The notes beneath the pieces are model-generated. The model saw only the letters and a program-made list of their open reading frames with translations, had not been told where the DNA came from and did not search any database. This document shows, piece after piece, positions 1 through 12,479 of a stretch of DNA of 64,000 nt. Source of the stretch: Macrotis lagotis (Eukaryota); the NCBI RefSeq assembly GCF_037893015.1, contig NC_133658.1:742210877-742274876 (forward strand). Direction: 5' to 3'. Both the position numbers and the translations under genes were made by a program. Each line of letters starts with the position of its first letter. The first letter of the stretch is position 1.

Positions 1-223
1 AGAATAGAAGAAATGGGGGTAGGGAGGAATAGAATGGAGGCGGGGATAAAGTTGGCAATAGCAATGTGGGAAAAAATATTGAAGCAACTTCTCTGATGTA
101 CTTATGATAAAGAATTCAATCCTTCTTAGAGACAGAGGTGATGGTATCTGAACACATCCTGAAGTACACTTTTTTCCTCTTTTTTTAAATTTTTCTTGAG
201 GTTTCTCTATTTTTGTGTGGTGG

Positions 224-244
224 GGAGAGAGAGAGAGAGAGAGA
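224..244. repeat. (GA)n microsatellite
   Basis: gagagagagagagagagagag read directly. Confidence 0.9.
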
Positions 245-419
245 TTACATTTATTTTTACAACAAGACTATTGTAGTAATGTGAAAATAAATAAATGGGA
301 AAAAAAGATAATTGAATAATTATATAAAGTGAGTACTATGTGCCAGGGACTGTGTTAAACACTTTAGAAACATCTTATTTAATCCTCACAGTAATCCTGG
401 GAGGAAGGTACTGTAAATA

Positions 420-560
420 TCCCCATTTTTCAGTTAAGGAAACTGAAGCAGATAGATTAGATGACTTTCTCAGAGGCACATAGCTAGTAAATTTCTGAGG
501 CTAAATTTGAACTCAGATCTTCCTGACTCCAAACTCAACATTCTGTCCACCTAGCTATCT
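420..560 (-). mobile_element. MIR-like ancient SINE fragment
   Basis: ...aatttgaactcagatcttcctgactccaaa... core typical of MIR/tRNA-SINE. Confidence 0.5.
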
Positions 561-599
561 CCAAGCTAACCTAATCCACAATTCCTTCAACTGATCCAC

Positions 600-1380
600 A
601 TTTTGCATGAATTCAGTGATCACCTTGATTGCCTTCCTAAGGATAATTTCCAGTTGATCAATATTTTTTTACTAAACAATGGCACCCAACAAAGCCAGAG
701 CAAGAGAAGACAAAGTAGCCTATAGCTTCCTAAGTGACAGAGGGAACAGAAACATGAATCTCATCTATGTCCAGAGAGGAAAAACAAAAGGAACCTTTCA
801 GAAAGCCTCTATGGATTCAGATAGCCCCAGAATAGAAATTTTGAAAGTGCTAGAGAACAGTGGTAACCAGTGCAATCAAATCTCAGAGCAAGACATTTCC
901 TTGGTTCTGATGTCCCTAAGATTCTTTCCACAGATGTCAAAGAGGGTACTGAAGAGCCAGCACCCTGAACCTCAAAGATTAAAGAGGTCTAAAGCCCTTA
1001 GGCTCTTAAGATAGAGATCATTTCAGGAAGTCAGGCAACTGTGAGCAAGATCAAACAGGATCAACCATTCTACCCCAAAGCAGGTAGAAAAATCTGATCC
1101 TGGCATAAAGTCACAATTCAGGAACTAAAGCTTGAAAGATGAGTAAATCAAAGAAAAAATTATTGCAAATTTAAAGATTCCTCAAAAGAAGGAACATATG
1201 ACTCCTACAACCAGAGACAAAATGCAAAAAGGTACTTTTAACAAGGATTACATGAATATCTAGAAGAAATGAAGCAAGGAATTTTAAAAAATTAAAAGCA
1301 CTTGAGGAAAGAAATTGGAAAGGGAATAAATATGTTAGAAGAGTAAGTGGTAAACAAGTAGTGGACTTCCTGAAAACCAG
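600..1380 (+). mobile_element. L1-like 5'/ORF1-type fragment (includes spurious ORF 679..1014)
   Basis: K/E-rich coiled-coil-like translation (..EEMKQGILKN.KHLRKEIGKGINMLEE..), abuts L1 3' end; weak. Confidence 0.3.
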
Positions 1381-2040
1381 GACAGATGATACAGATTTTT
1401 TTATTTTAAAGATTTTATTTATTTTGAATTTTACAATTTTCCTCCTAATCTTACTTACCTCCCCATCCCCCACAGAAGGCAATTTGTCAGTCTTTACATT
1501 GTTTCCATGGTATACATTGATCCAAATTGAATGTGATGAGAGAAAAATCATATCCTTAAGGAAGAAACATAAAATAAAAGAGATAGCAATATCAGACAAT
1601 AAGATATCAGTTTTTTCCCCCCTAAATTACAGGTAATAGTTCTTCGTCTTTGTTCAAACCCCAATTCTTTCTCTGGATACAGATGGTATTCTCCATCACA
1701 GACAGCCCCAAGTTGTCCCCGACTGTTGCACTGGTGGAATGAACAAGTCCATCAAGGTTGATCATCACCCCCATGTTGCTGTTAGGGTGTACAATGTTTT
1801 TCTGGTTCTGCTCATCTCTCTCAGCATCAGTTCATGCAAATCCTTCCAAGCTTCCCTAAATTTCCATCCCTCCTGTTTTCTAATAGAATAATAGTGTTCC
1901 ATGACATACATATACCACAGTTTGCTAAGCCATTCCCCAATTGAAGGACATTTACTTGATTTCCAATTCTTTGCCACCACAAACAGGGCTGCTATGAATA
2001 TTTTTGTACAAATGATGTTTTTATCCATTTTCATCAGATG
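1380..2040 (-). mobile_element. L1 3' end (ORF2 C-terminus + 3'UTR)
   Basis: minus ORF 1765..2034 = ...IFIAALFVVAKNWKSSKCPSIGEWLSKLWYMYVMEHYYSI..., matching the L1 ORF2p C-terminus (human ...MFIAALFTIAKTWNQPKCP...MEYYAAIK...). Confidence 0.85.
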
Positions 2041-2121
2041 ATGCAGATATTAATGCTTCTGTGAAATAGCAAGAAATATTAGAAAATCAAAAAACTGAAA
2101 AAAGTGGAAGAACATTAATAT

Positions 2122-2147
2122 CACACACACACACACACACACACACA
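2122..2147. repeat. (CA)n microsatellite
   Basis: direct read. Confidence 0.9.
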
Positions 2148-2534
2148 TGACCTAGAAGACAAGTCAAGGACAGATAATTAAAGAATCACTAGTCTTTCTG
2201 ATATCCATTATGACACCCAGCCCCCCCAAAATCTGGACATTATATTTCAAGAAACAGGAAATGAACACTGCCCCAGATGTACTGAACAAAATATAGAAAG
2301 AATCCATCAATTACATCCTGAAAGAAATCTCTAAAGAAAATGTCCCAGGAATGTCACAATTCAAATCCAAAACTCCCAAGTAAAGATAAAATACTGTAAG
2401 CAGACAGAAAGAAGCAGTTCAAATAGCAAGAGACCACTGTCATGAACACATAAAACCTGGAAAATTCTACCATAAACAAGAGGATAACTTTACCCTACAA
2501 AACTGAGTATAATGATAAAGGAGAAAGAGGAATC

Positions 2535-2697
2535 TTTTTTTTTTTTTCCTTTTTAGCTTTTGCAAGGCAATGGGGGTTAAGTGGCTTGCCCAAGGCCATA
2601 CAGCTAGGTAATTATTAAGTGTCTGTGGCTGGATTTGAACTCAGGTACTCCTGACTCCAGGGCCAGTGCTCTATCCACTGTGCCACCTAGCCACCCC
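2535..2697 (-). mobile_element. marsupial tRNA-derived SINE (copy 1)
   Basis: polyT then gcaaggcaatgggggttaagtggcttgcccaaggcc...cactgtgccacctagccaccc = reverse complement of the SINE seen >25 times in the window. Confidence 0.85.
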
Positions 2698-3440
2698 TTG
2701 AGAAAGATGAATCTTTAATGGATTAGAGGATTCCAAGCATTTCTGAGGAAAAGAGCAGAGCTGAGTAGGAACCTTAAAATATAAATACAAGAGTTAAGAA
2801 AAACCCAGGAAGGTAAATTTATTTGATCAACTGGAAGGAGGTGTATGATGATGTGTTAATATCAAATCGAAGAGAGATGAAGAAAAGACTTCAGACTCTC
2901 AATGTGTTCAAAGAGTACTGAAGGAGTTAAATGAGAAAAAACAGATGGGGGGATGGATTAATTTTGTTCAGAAGCAAATCAATTTGGTCTGTTGGTTTGA
3001 AGATTGGAAAGAGAAAGGTAGACCAAAGAAAAACAGAAATGGAGAAAGGAAAAAGGGGTGGGGGTAGAACTTGCTTTTTCTTATAACTGGATTTTGCAGG
3101 AAGAGTATAAAAATAAAGAGGAAGGGCTAGGAGGATCAGATGAGCTTCATTTTAATTCCAGTACTTAATGCCTTTTTGAGATTATTCCTTTATCTCTCTA
3201 ATTAGAGCTCCTCTAGAGTAAGGACTGTTGTTTTTTGCCTTATTTTATTTGTATTCTCTGCATGTGTGCCTGGCACATACAGTAGCTGCTTAATAAATAC
3301 TTAATGATTATTTCTCTCATATTAATACCTAATTATTGAATCAGAACCAAGGATTTCCCCTTTTCTACTTCCTCATCTAGAAATCAAACACTGTGGGAAA
3401 TCAAAGACTTAACCAGATTTTTTCAAAAGACTTTATAGTT

Positions 3441-3597
3441 GGGGCAGCTAGGTGGCATAGAGGATAAAGCACTGGCCCTGGAGTCAGGAGTACCTGGGTT
3501 CAAATCCAGTCTCAGACACTTAATAATTGCCTAGCTGTGTGACCTTGGGCAAGCCACTTAACCCCATTTGCCTTGCAAAAAAAACCTAAAAAAAAAT
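3441..3597 (+). mobile_element. marsupial tRNA-derived SINE with TSD
   Basis: ggggcagctaggtggcatagaggataaagcactggccctggagtcaggagtacctgggttcaaatcc... + A-tail; flanking direct repeat AAAAGACTTTATAGT on both sides. Confidence 0.9.
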
Positions 3598-3849
3598 ACA
3601 CAAAAGACTTTATAGTCAAGATTTAACAGCTTCAGTCTTGGCTATGAAGGGGACACAAGGCTGTCTAGGCATAGAAGACAGCCAATCAGCATAGCTAATT
3701 TTATCCTAGCACTCCAGAGCCTTCCAGTTAGCTAAGATTACCGAAGTGCATCATTATTACTTTGCTTATTTGTTAATCTTTTTTTTCTCTTGATTTTGAG
3801 GTAGGAGGGTTGGAGAGAAGAGGGGACAGTCACACACACACAGATGGAA

Positions 3850-4400
3850 ACAAGTTTTTTAAAAAATTTATTTATTTTGAATTTTACAATTTTCCCCCAA
3901 TCTTGCTTCCCTTCCCCCACCCCCCCCACAGAAGGTAGTCTGTTAGTCTTTACATTGTTTCCATACTATATATACATTGATCTAAGTTGAATGTGATGAG
4001 AGAGAAATTATATCCTTAAGGAAAAAAATAAAGTATAAGAGATAAGCAAAATTATGTAATAATGTTTTTTTTTAATTAAAATAATGGGCTTTAATCTTTG
4101 TTCAAACTCCACAGTTATTTCTTTGGATACAAATGGCATTCTCCATTGCAGATATCCTAAAACTGTGCCTGATGGAATGAGCAAGTCCATTAAGGTTGAT
4201 CATCATCCCTATGTTGCTATTAGATTGTAAAATGTTCTTCTGTTTCTGCTCATCTTGTTCAGCATCAATTCATGCAAATCCTTCCAGGTGTCCCTGAATT
4301 CTCATTCCTCCTGATTTCTAATAGAATAGTGTTCCATCACATACATATACCACAATTTATTAAGCTATTTCCCCAATTGATGGACATTCACTCAATTTCC
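3850..4400 (-). mobile_element. L1 3' end (second copy)
   Basis: 3'UTR motif ttttgaattttacaattttccc...cacagaaggtagtctgttagtctttacattgtttccat plus ORF2 C-terminal coding on minus. Confidence 0.8.
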
Positions 4401-5559
4401 AATGCAGAAGCAGTTTTTAAACTACACTGAAAAAAGCTCTGAAGGAAGCACAGATATACAGTTATACTTCTGAAAGTAAAATGTGGATTATAGACTTATT
4501 TTTAAAGCAAGCAACATGAAATGAAGATCCATAATTTTATATAGAATTCTTTTTGTTTTCTCTTGCATACATGGGAATGCTTTTAAAAAGCTTTTTGATC
4601 TTTAAATGTAGAATTTTAAAAATTAAAGATGCAAGACAACCAGTAAGAAAATGAGTCCAAGTCCTGGTTTGGTTTGCCAGAAGACACAGAGTGAATCTTT
4701 GCAGGGCCCAGATGAAATGTCAATTGCTTTATGCTTTTTTGAGGTTAAAGTATCAACTTCTCAGGGACACACAATTATGCACATCAATTACTGAATCCTC
4801 CTTTATGGATGCTTTCAGTAGAAGTTGTATGTATGTCTTTTGGGATTTCTTTTTACTGATTCATATTCTGCATTGATTCCTATTCTACTCCTCACTTTTT
4901 GTGAAGCCCAGGAACTAATTTTTTTTCTACAGTCATCTTTATTTAAATGGTAATTCACTCATGCATTTATAATCTCTTTCCTATACTTCCTTTGCTCTAA
5001 GTAATTTTCTTCCAGGGCATCCTGTAGGGAACTGAAAAATACAAGAAAATGGAGATGCGGCTCCTCCTGCACTTAATCAAGTAGGAACACACAAGTTTAT
5101 GTTGAAAGGGACTCCATGAAAAAGAGAGAGAGAGGGTCGGTCCCATGCCACAGGCCCTTGGACTGAGCACAGGTCTTACTTGTTAGACAGGGCTGTCTAA
5201 TGCAGCCCAGGACCACATTGGCTTTTTTTAATTCATTCATTGGCTTTGAAGTACACACAATCCTCCAAAAATAGTTTTTTAAAAAGCTGTGATGTGTAAA
5301 TATGATTTCATTGGTATAGGGAAAAGCCAGGTGGAAAGCTCATTCTGCCAATGCCTGTCAGCCTACAAATGACAGCCCTAGGGAGAGGCAGCATTGAGAA
5401 GTTAAGAGATTTGCCCAAGATCACATATCCAAGATGTATCAGAATCAGAACTCAAATTCAGGTCTTCCTAACTGATTTGAGATAGGCTCTCCAAAATTCT
5501 GGAAAGCCTTGCATTAATTAATGCTAAGTGAAGTGACAGTGCCAGGAGAACATTGTATA

Positions 5560-6730
5560 CAATAACAGCAACTTTGTGTGGTCAGCTATGATGGACTCAA
5601 CTCCTCTCAGTAGTTCTGTGAGCAAGGACAATTCTTAAAGACTTGTGATGGAAAATGCCATCCATATCCAGGTAAAAAATCTATGGAGTCTGAATGTAGA
5701 CCAAAGGATTCTATTTGTACTTTGTGAAACTTGTTTTATGTGTTTTTTCTTTCTCATGGTGCTTTTTCCCCCTTTAGTTCTGATTCTTCTTTCACAACAC
5801 AACTAATATGGAAATATGCTAAACGTGATTATATAAACCCACACATATATACATATATGTATATGTATAATCTCCATCAGATTAGTTGCTCTCATGGGGG
5901 GATGGGAGGGAAAGAAGGGAGGAGGTAGAAACATGTGGGACTCAAAAGCTTACAAAAAAGATGAATGTTGAAAACTATTTTTGAAAGGAAAATCATCCAT
6001 TTTGGAGGGGTTGTGGGAATGCATTATTGATGGAGTTGTGAATGGACCCAATTCTAGAGAACAATTTGGAATTAGATCCAAAGAGCAATAAAACCGTACA
6101 TATCCTTTGACCCAGTAATATCACTGCTAGGTCTGTATCTCAAAGAGATCACAAAAAAGGGTAAAAATCCCACGTCCAAAAATACCCATAACAGTTTTGA
6201 TTGTAAAAAATTGGAAACTGAGGGGGGAATGGCTGAACAAATTGTGGTATATGAATATGATAGAATTCTATTGTTCTATAAGAAATCATGAAGAATGGGA
6301 CTTCAGAAAAGCCCGGAAAGGCTGCATGAATGGATGCCGAGTGAAATGAACAGAACTAGAATATCTTTAACCACACTAGCAACAACATGGGGTGATGGTC
6401 AACCATGATGTTCATTTCAGTAGTACAATAATCAAAGACAATTCTAAAATACTTGGGATGGAAAATATCATCTATATTCAGAGGGAACTGAGCAGGTCAA
6501 AGGCAGACCAAAGTTTATTATATTCAATTTTTAAAAGTTATCTAATGTATTGTCATTTTTTCTAATTTTTTTCTTTCTTTTGGATTTGATTCTTCTTTCA
6601 AAATATGATTAATATGGATCTATATTTAGTATAAATACAGATATAGAACCTAAATTAGATTGCTTTCTGTTGGGGGGAAGGTGGGAGGGGAAGAAAGGGA
6701 GGGACAAACATGTAAAAATCAAAACCTTAC
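5560..6730 (+). mobile_element. two adjacent L1 3'-end fragments (ORF2 C-terminus/3'UTR)
   Basis: plus-strand coding for ...KNWKLRGEWLNKLWYMNMIEFYCSIRNHEEWDFRKAR.. type ORF2 tail, twice. Confidence 0.7.
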
Positions 6731-6745
6731 AAAAAATGATTTGCT

Positions 6746-6900
6746 GGGGTGGCTAGGTGGCACAGTGGAAAAAGCACTGTCCCTGTAGTCAGGAGTACCT
6801 GGGTTCAAATCCGGTCTCAGACACTTAATAATTACCTAGCTGTGTGGCCTTGGGCAAGCCACTTAACCCCATTTGCCTTACAAAAACCTAAAAAAAAAAA
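6746..6900 (+). mobile_element. marsupial tRNA-derived SINE with TSD
   Basis: ggggtggctaggtggcacagtgg...; direct repeat GATTTGCTG flanks both ends. Confidence 0.9.
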
Positions 6901-7324
6901 GATTTGCTGAAAAAACAAATAAATAAAAAATATTTAAATTGAAAAAACAAAAAACCCCAAAACTATCTTTGCTTCTAATTGGAAGGAATAAAATAAAATA
7001 GCATAAAAAAGGATAGGTGCTCTATCCATTATGCCAAAACCAGATCAGCAAAATCAAACTGCATAATACAATGATTACAATAATATGAAAGAAGAAAACA
7101 AGGCCAAAGATAGTGGAACTTTGGGTAGACCTATTAGTGGACACACACAAAAAAAAGTATAATAAAATTATTTATTTATTTATTTAGTGCTGCCTTGACC
7201 TTGTTAAATGCTAAAGGTTTATTAAAACAATATAATTTTCTTCATGTGTATGTTTATTTGATTATTTGTTTTTACTTGAGAGTTGTTGTTTTTTCATTTG
7301 TTGGTTTGAACTTTTGAACAAAAG

Positions 7325-7480
7325 GGTGGAAATCCTAATTCTACCACTTTTTTAGGACAAGTCACTCACCTTCTCTGAGCCTCAGTTTCCTTCTTTGCAA
7401 AATGGGAGTGATAGTTCTTGTATTACTATGACATAACTCAATAACTGTCATTGAGAGACAAATTAAATCATGTGAAAGTA
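7325..7480 (+). mobile_element. MIR-like SINE relic
   Basis: ...ctgagcctcagtttccttctttgcaaaatggg... MIR core-like. Confidence 0.5.
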
Positions 7481-7753
7481 CTGAAGAATTCTGAAGGTTC
7501 AGATCATTTCAAATGTCAAGTTTATTATATTCATTAAATTTGTGTACACAGAATGAAATTTTTTTATTCTCTAGTCCTTAATCCTAAATATGACATATTC
7601 AATATCCCTTTTCTAACTCAGAAAACAATAATTTCCTTTAGATGAACTAGTAACAACATAAGATGTTTATGTATTAAGATTAAGCATTTAACTACTCAAA
7701 ACACATCAAAATATCAAAGTTAAACACTAAATTTTCTATGTCATAATTCATTT

Positions 7754-7759
7754 TTTATT
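7754..7759 (-). other. PARP4: candidate polyadenylation signal AATAAA for PARP4 3'UTR
   Basis: plus tttatt about 150 nt downstream of the stop codon on the gene strand. Confidence 0.35.
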
Positions 7760-7906
7760 CTCTATATAATATTTGCTTATTATCAAGTAGTTTTTTTATC
7801 TGAATTTTAAGTGCCTGGCTTATAAAATGAATGTAATCATAATTTAAATTACATTTTAGTTACTTTTCATTTAAAGTATTTTACACACCCACACATGAAA
7901 AAAGAT

Positions 7907-8129
7907 TCAAACATAAGTTAACAAACTTAAGTCTTCATTATAATTAAGTACTTTGTGAAGAGGAGATCTGGTACTTAATGGCTGAATTCCCAACAGTTGC
8001 TTAGTGGCAAAGTCCCAGTCTTTACCCAACTCAAGTCGAGGGCAAAGAGATGGATATTGTGCTTCTGTTCTTCTTACCCATTTCACTGCTTTCTTTACTG
8101 AATCAAAGCTCCAGGCGCTGGCACAGGAT
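7907..8129 (-). CDS. PARP4: PARP4 terminal coding exon (C-terminal MVP-interaction-type domain), stop codon at 7907..7909
   Basis: acceptor tttattcttag|ATCCTG; translation (A)SCASAWSFDSVKKAVKWVRRTEAQYPSLCPRLELGKDWDFATKQLLGIQPLSTRSPLHKVLNYNEDLSLLTYV*; aligns to human PARP4 C-terminus ...NIPWAFEAIKQASEWVRRTEGQYPSICPRLELGNDWDSATKQLLGLQPISTVSPLHRVLHYSQG*; phase joins previous exon (AG|A = Arg). Confidence 0.85.
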
Positions 8130-8589
8130 CTAAGAATAAATGGAACTGTTAAACCTCAAAATTTAGCTATATAAGAAAATCAGACTTGTGACCAAGCATT
8201 TTACATTAGAAGAAATCAACATAAATGAAAACATTGGGAATACTACTTTCACATTGAATAAAAACAACTAATTCAGGCAAACAGCCAAATTCTTTTGCCT
8301 GTCCTTCATATCCCTTTATAATAACATATTTAAAAACCTTGTCCCTGGCATGGTTCTCATTTTCTACCATCTGTACCACTGCACAGAACATCCTTACAAA
8401 GTCTTTCTATTTCCCCACATCCTACCATCTTTCAAGGCCAAACTTAAATAACACCTCTATTATTCCTTTCCAGATTGTTCTAGTCCATATTGATCTCCTC
8501 CTTTTTCCTGAATTCATACTGCACTTGTAACCAGTAAGTATAACAAGCTTGCACTTAATTTAAGATGGTTTATTAGAGATAAAATATGG

Positions 8590-8780
8590 CTAATGGTAAA
8601 GTATATAACTGGAGTCAGGAAGAGCTGGATTCAAATCCAGCCTCTGAGAATTATTAGCTATGTGACTGTGGGCAAATATTTAATCTCGGAATATCAGATA
8701 GGGTAGCATTCTGTAGCACCTACCTCACAGGGTTGTTGTGACAAATGTATGTCAAATGCTTTATAAACTTTAAAATGTAA
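8590..8780 (+). mobile_element. MIR SINE
   Basis: ...cctcacagggttgttgtgacaaatgtatgtcaaatgctttataaactttaaaatg... = MIR core/3' end. Confidence 0.7.
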
Positions 8781-8884
8781 TAGAAATGTGTTATTATTAT
8801 TATGAAACATTTTATTTTGTTGGTACTCCTTCCCAATTTAGCTGTAGTTTTAACAGAACCAGCTTGGTTTTGAGGTAGATAAAA

Positions 8885-9085
8885 TACTAGGTCTGGAGTG
8901 AAGAAGACCTGTGTGAAATCCTTCCTCAGACACTTATTAGCTGTGTGACTCTGGGTAAGTCACTTTATCTCTGCCTGTCTCAGTTTCCTCATCTGTAAAA
9001 TAAGGTTAATAGCACCTATTTCCCAGGAGGATAAAATGACTTAAGATTTATTAAGCACTTTACAAACTTTAAAACCCTATAAAAT
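8885..9085 (+). mobile_element. MIR-like SINE
   Basis: ...tgtctcagtttcctcatctgtaaaataag...aagcactttacaaactttaaaaccc. Confidence 0.65.
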
Positions 9086-9560
9086 GGCTAGTTATTATTA
9101 CAAGACAAGTGTCCTAGTTTATACCATTTAAAAAAATTTCTGATAGCTTGGCACATATTAGATACCATAAATACTTGTTTATTAAAAACAATTTTAAAAC
9201 TCTAAAACATACTTTAAAAGTTCCCCTTGATTTTGGTTGCTTCAGTTGTTTCTTGCCCTTTGTTATCCAAAACAACCAAAAGAACACCACTAGGGTAGAG
9301 ATAAGTTACAGGTGTCTGACTGTGGCTGAGCAGAACAAAACAAGCTTAGAACGCTTTACGACAGGTCAGGCACAAATAGTGAACATCTGGGGTGGGTTCT
9401 CTAAACTTGAGCCTCTCCCATTTTCATTGAGCTGTTTCAATTCTGCCTTGCTTATAGAGTACAGCACTCTCTCAGATGAAGGCAGTTCTGTGCCAGGGTC
9501 TCCCATAATGCATAATCAATTCCAAATTCTTAATTTTTAAAAAATTTTAAAAAATTTATG

Positions 9561-9687
9561 GCAGCTGGGTTAAGTGACTTGCCCAAGGTCACACAGCCAG
9601 GCAATTGTTGTCTGAGGCTGGATTTGAACCCAGGGCCTCCTGACTCCAGGGTCAGTGCTCTATCCACTAGGCTACCTAGCTGCCCCC
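9561..9687 (-). mobile_element. marsupial tRNA-derived SINE, 5'-truncated
   Basis: ggcagctgggttaagtgacttgcccaaggtcacacagcc...ctagctgcccccc. Confidence 0.8.
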
Positions 9688-9946
9688 CAATTCCAAATTC
9701 TCAAGAGAGACCTTGAAAGTGTCCTTGTATCATTTTTTCCAACCCCTCTCTGAGCACTTGTCCTCTATGAGTTCTCCAAAAAATAGTCTCTTTGGCAAAT
9801 ATACCTTTGGCATTTGAACAATGTGGCCAGCCCACCCAAACTGTGCTCTCTCTAGCAGAGTTTGGATACTTGGTAGTTTAGTTCAAGAAAGGACCTCAGA
9901 ATCTTATCCTGTCAGCTGATCTGAAAAATCTTCCTAAGGCAATTTA

Positions 9947-10110
9947 TTTTTTTTAACTTATTTTTTTGCAAGGCAAATGGGGTTAAGTGACTTGCCCAAG
10001 GCCACACAGCTAGGTAATTATTAAGTGTCTGAGACCGGATTTGAACCCAGGTACTCCTGACTCCAAGGCCAGTGCTTTATCCACTACGCTACCTAGCTGC
10101 CCCCCCCCCC
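9947..10110 (-). mobile_element. marsupial tRNA-derived SINE with TSD
   Basis: polyT + gcaaggcaaatggggttaagtgacttgcccaaggccacacagctaggtaattattaagtgtctgagaccggatttgaaccc...; flanked by AAGGCAATTTA direct repeat. Confidence 0.9.
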
Positions 10111-10139
10111 CAAGGCAATTTAAATGGAAATAATTCAGT

Positions 10140-11160
10140 TTCCTGGCATGGCTGTCCAGATAGACTGGTGGACTATCCAGGTTTCACAGGCAAATAACAA
10201 TGATTACAACATAATGGCCCTGTAGAGCTTCAGTCTGGTAATCAGTCTAATACCTCTTCCATACTTTCCTTCAGAGCCTCCCCAACACTGAGCTAGCTCT
10301 GGCAATATGTGTGTCAATCTCATTTTCAATGTGTATCTCCCTGGAAAGTATACTGCCAAGGTAAGTGAACTTGTCCACAGTATTCAAAATTTATCTATTT
10401 GTTGTAATCAATGGTTTCACATATGGGTTGGGTGGTGCTGAATGATGGAGCACCTGTTTTCTCTTGGCTTTAATTGTTAGGCCAAAATTAGCACAAGTAG
10501 CAGAGGATCAATCCATACTCTGTTGTATCTCAGCTTCAGAGGCTGTACTGAGTATATAATCATCTGTAAACAGAAGATCATGCACCAACACTACCCTCCC
10601 TTTTGGTCTTGGCTTGTAGCCTTTTCAAGTTAAAAGAATTTGCCATTAGTGTGGTAACTGATGTGATGATGTCTTTTGATTCATGCATAAATTGAATTTA
10701 AATGATGCAGAGCTGCATGATGTCATAGGTCTCTCTCTTCCAGAGTCATCATGGTTCAGTGCTAGGAGTCGTCAAGACAACTGGTGACAGCTCTAGATGC
10801 AGTGGATGACTTTGGTGTCTTCAATGTCTAACCAAACTCTAAGCACTCCACAATGTCTGCTTCAGTTGCCTTTATGGCTGTTGGAACAAATTGCTCTTAC
10901 CCATCCATTCCATGAGGGGAAGCCTTCATATGTTTCAGGTAGACACTCCCTAACTCACCAACAAGTTTGAGACCCTCTTGGTTACCCACAACCTAGGATT
11001 GCCTGTCTGATGAAACAGTTTTCCAGGATGTGGCCACTGTGTATGCTATAGATTCTTGCAGTCACAGGTGAGAGTTAGATGGCTCAGGTGGATATCAAAG
11101 GTAGAAAGCAGTCCTCACACTAGAGATACTAGTCTTCCCTGAACACATCCTATACTGCCT
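10140..11160 (-). mobile_element. non-LTR retrotransposon fragment, RTE/BovB-like (or L2-like) RT C-terminal region
   Basis: minus-strand translation ...FGLTINTKKTQVL...VDKFTYLGSILSREIHIENEIDTHIARASSVLGRL.RKVW.R..L.LKTEALQGHYV... = conserved RTE/CR1-clade RT tail; interrupted by stops. Confidence 0.55.
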
Positions 11161-12479
11161 AAAACTGGCTGACTAAAACAATGAGTAATTTGTGTTTTTT
11201 CTTTACTGCCTTCTTAGTATAATGAATGGGAGTTCTAATATTATATTTAGAAAAGATCTTTGAAATAAGAGTGTATTGAAAGTTCTGTTTTCCTTTGGGA
11301 AAGGCTTAGGGGTCATGAGTAATTCAAGAATGTCAAACTTTTATACTCATAACATATAGATATATGCATACATATTAACTATATATTTGCAGTGTTTTAT
11401 ACTTTTCAACCTTCACAAAATCCAACTCAGTGCCTCACTTTGGTACAGAGTTGAGTCCAGGGTTCTTTAAATTGATGCCAGCAGAACAAAGCTACTTCTA
11501 TTATGCAGGAAAGGTTTGGTGTATGGTACAAGAACAGACTATATCTGCTCTGAGGACTAACCTAGCTTAGTATGAAAGGTTTATCCTCTCCTGTATGATG
11601 GCCATATGTGACCATTTTCTTTGGTAACCCATGAAATAGGAATATTTCAAAATTTAAATGGATCTGGTATTTCATTGATAAAGTCGCAGGCTACAATAGA
11701 AAATTAATAGCCAGATAAATAAGGAGATAAGTGGGCATCTAGCTGACTTTGGTGAATTCAAGTCTTCCAGCTCAGATAAACTCAATCCTGGGGTCTTGAA
11801 AGAAGTGGAAGATGTGATTGCTGAGCCACTGTTGGAATATTTGAAAGAGCACAGAAATCAGGAAAGGTACCACAGGATTAGAAAAGGAAAAATATCCTGA
11901 CTTTCAAAAAAAGGAAGCCTACAAACACTTGGCAAGCAAATTTGACATCTATTCCTGGGAAAATTGTAGAATGAATTATTGAAGAAACTGTTGATGAACA
12001 TTTAGAAAGGGACTTATACCAGACCGATATAATTTCCTTTGTTGATAGGATTATTATACTAGATGATGGAGATTTACTAGATTTTAGCACTGTTTTTGAT
12101 AAAAAAAGTATTCAATATTATTTTTGTGGAGAAGATGGAATTGACTAGACAAAAATTCAGTCCGCTAGATTAAGAACTGCTTACATAGTCTAAAGTTGTA
12201 AGTGGTTTCTGATGGAATGTCCTGCTGTATTTGGACTATGCTGTTTAACATTTCTATCAATGACTTGGTATAGGCAGAGAATGGTGAACTCATCAGATTT
12301 GCAAATGACACAAAGCTGGAGGGAATAACTAATATAATGGATAACATAATTAGGATATAAAAGGATTGTGATGGGCTAAAGTACTGGGCTGAATCTGTTT
12401 GATGATGAAATTCAATAGGGATAAATGTAAAATCCTGCTTTTGGGTAACAAAGGTCCTAATTAGATATAGCAAAAATTA

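Noticed and set aside
679-1014. 111-aa ORF on plus strand
   Set aside because: No domain resemblance. Sits in a probable L1 5'/ORF1-like fragment next to an L1 3' end, with no promoter or splice context
1765-2034. ORFs 1765..2034 (-), 28133..28348 (+), 28358..28564 (+), 4008..4190 (-) with clear protein-like sequence
   Set aside because: They are L1 ORF2 C-terminal remnants (..FIAALF..AKNWK..KCPSIGEWL..MEHY..), not host genes
1380-4400. Two similar L1 3' ends 2.4 kb apart, considered as a local segmental duplication
   Set aside because: The copies differ at about 10% of positions and have different flanks, so they are independent old insertions
7990-8000. gtaaga following ..KAVKW that looked like a splice donor inside the terminal exon
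   Set aside because: Reading through gives ..KWVRRTEAQYPSLCPRLELGKDWD.., a near-perfect match to the human PARP4 C-terminus, so the site is coding, not a donor
9148-9540. 130-aa ORF on plus strand
   Set aside because: No recognisable motif. Lies in a PARP4 intron on the antisense strand and ends in a SINE
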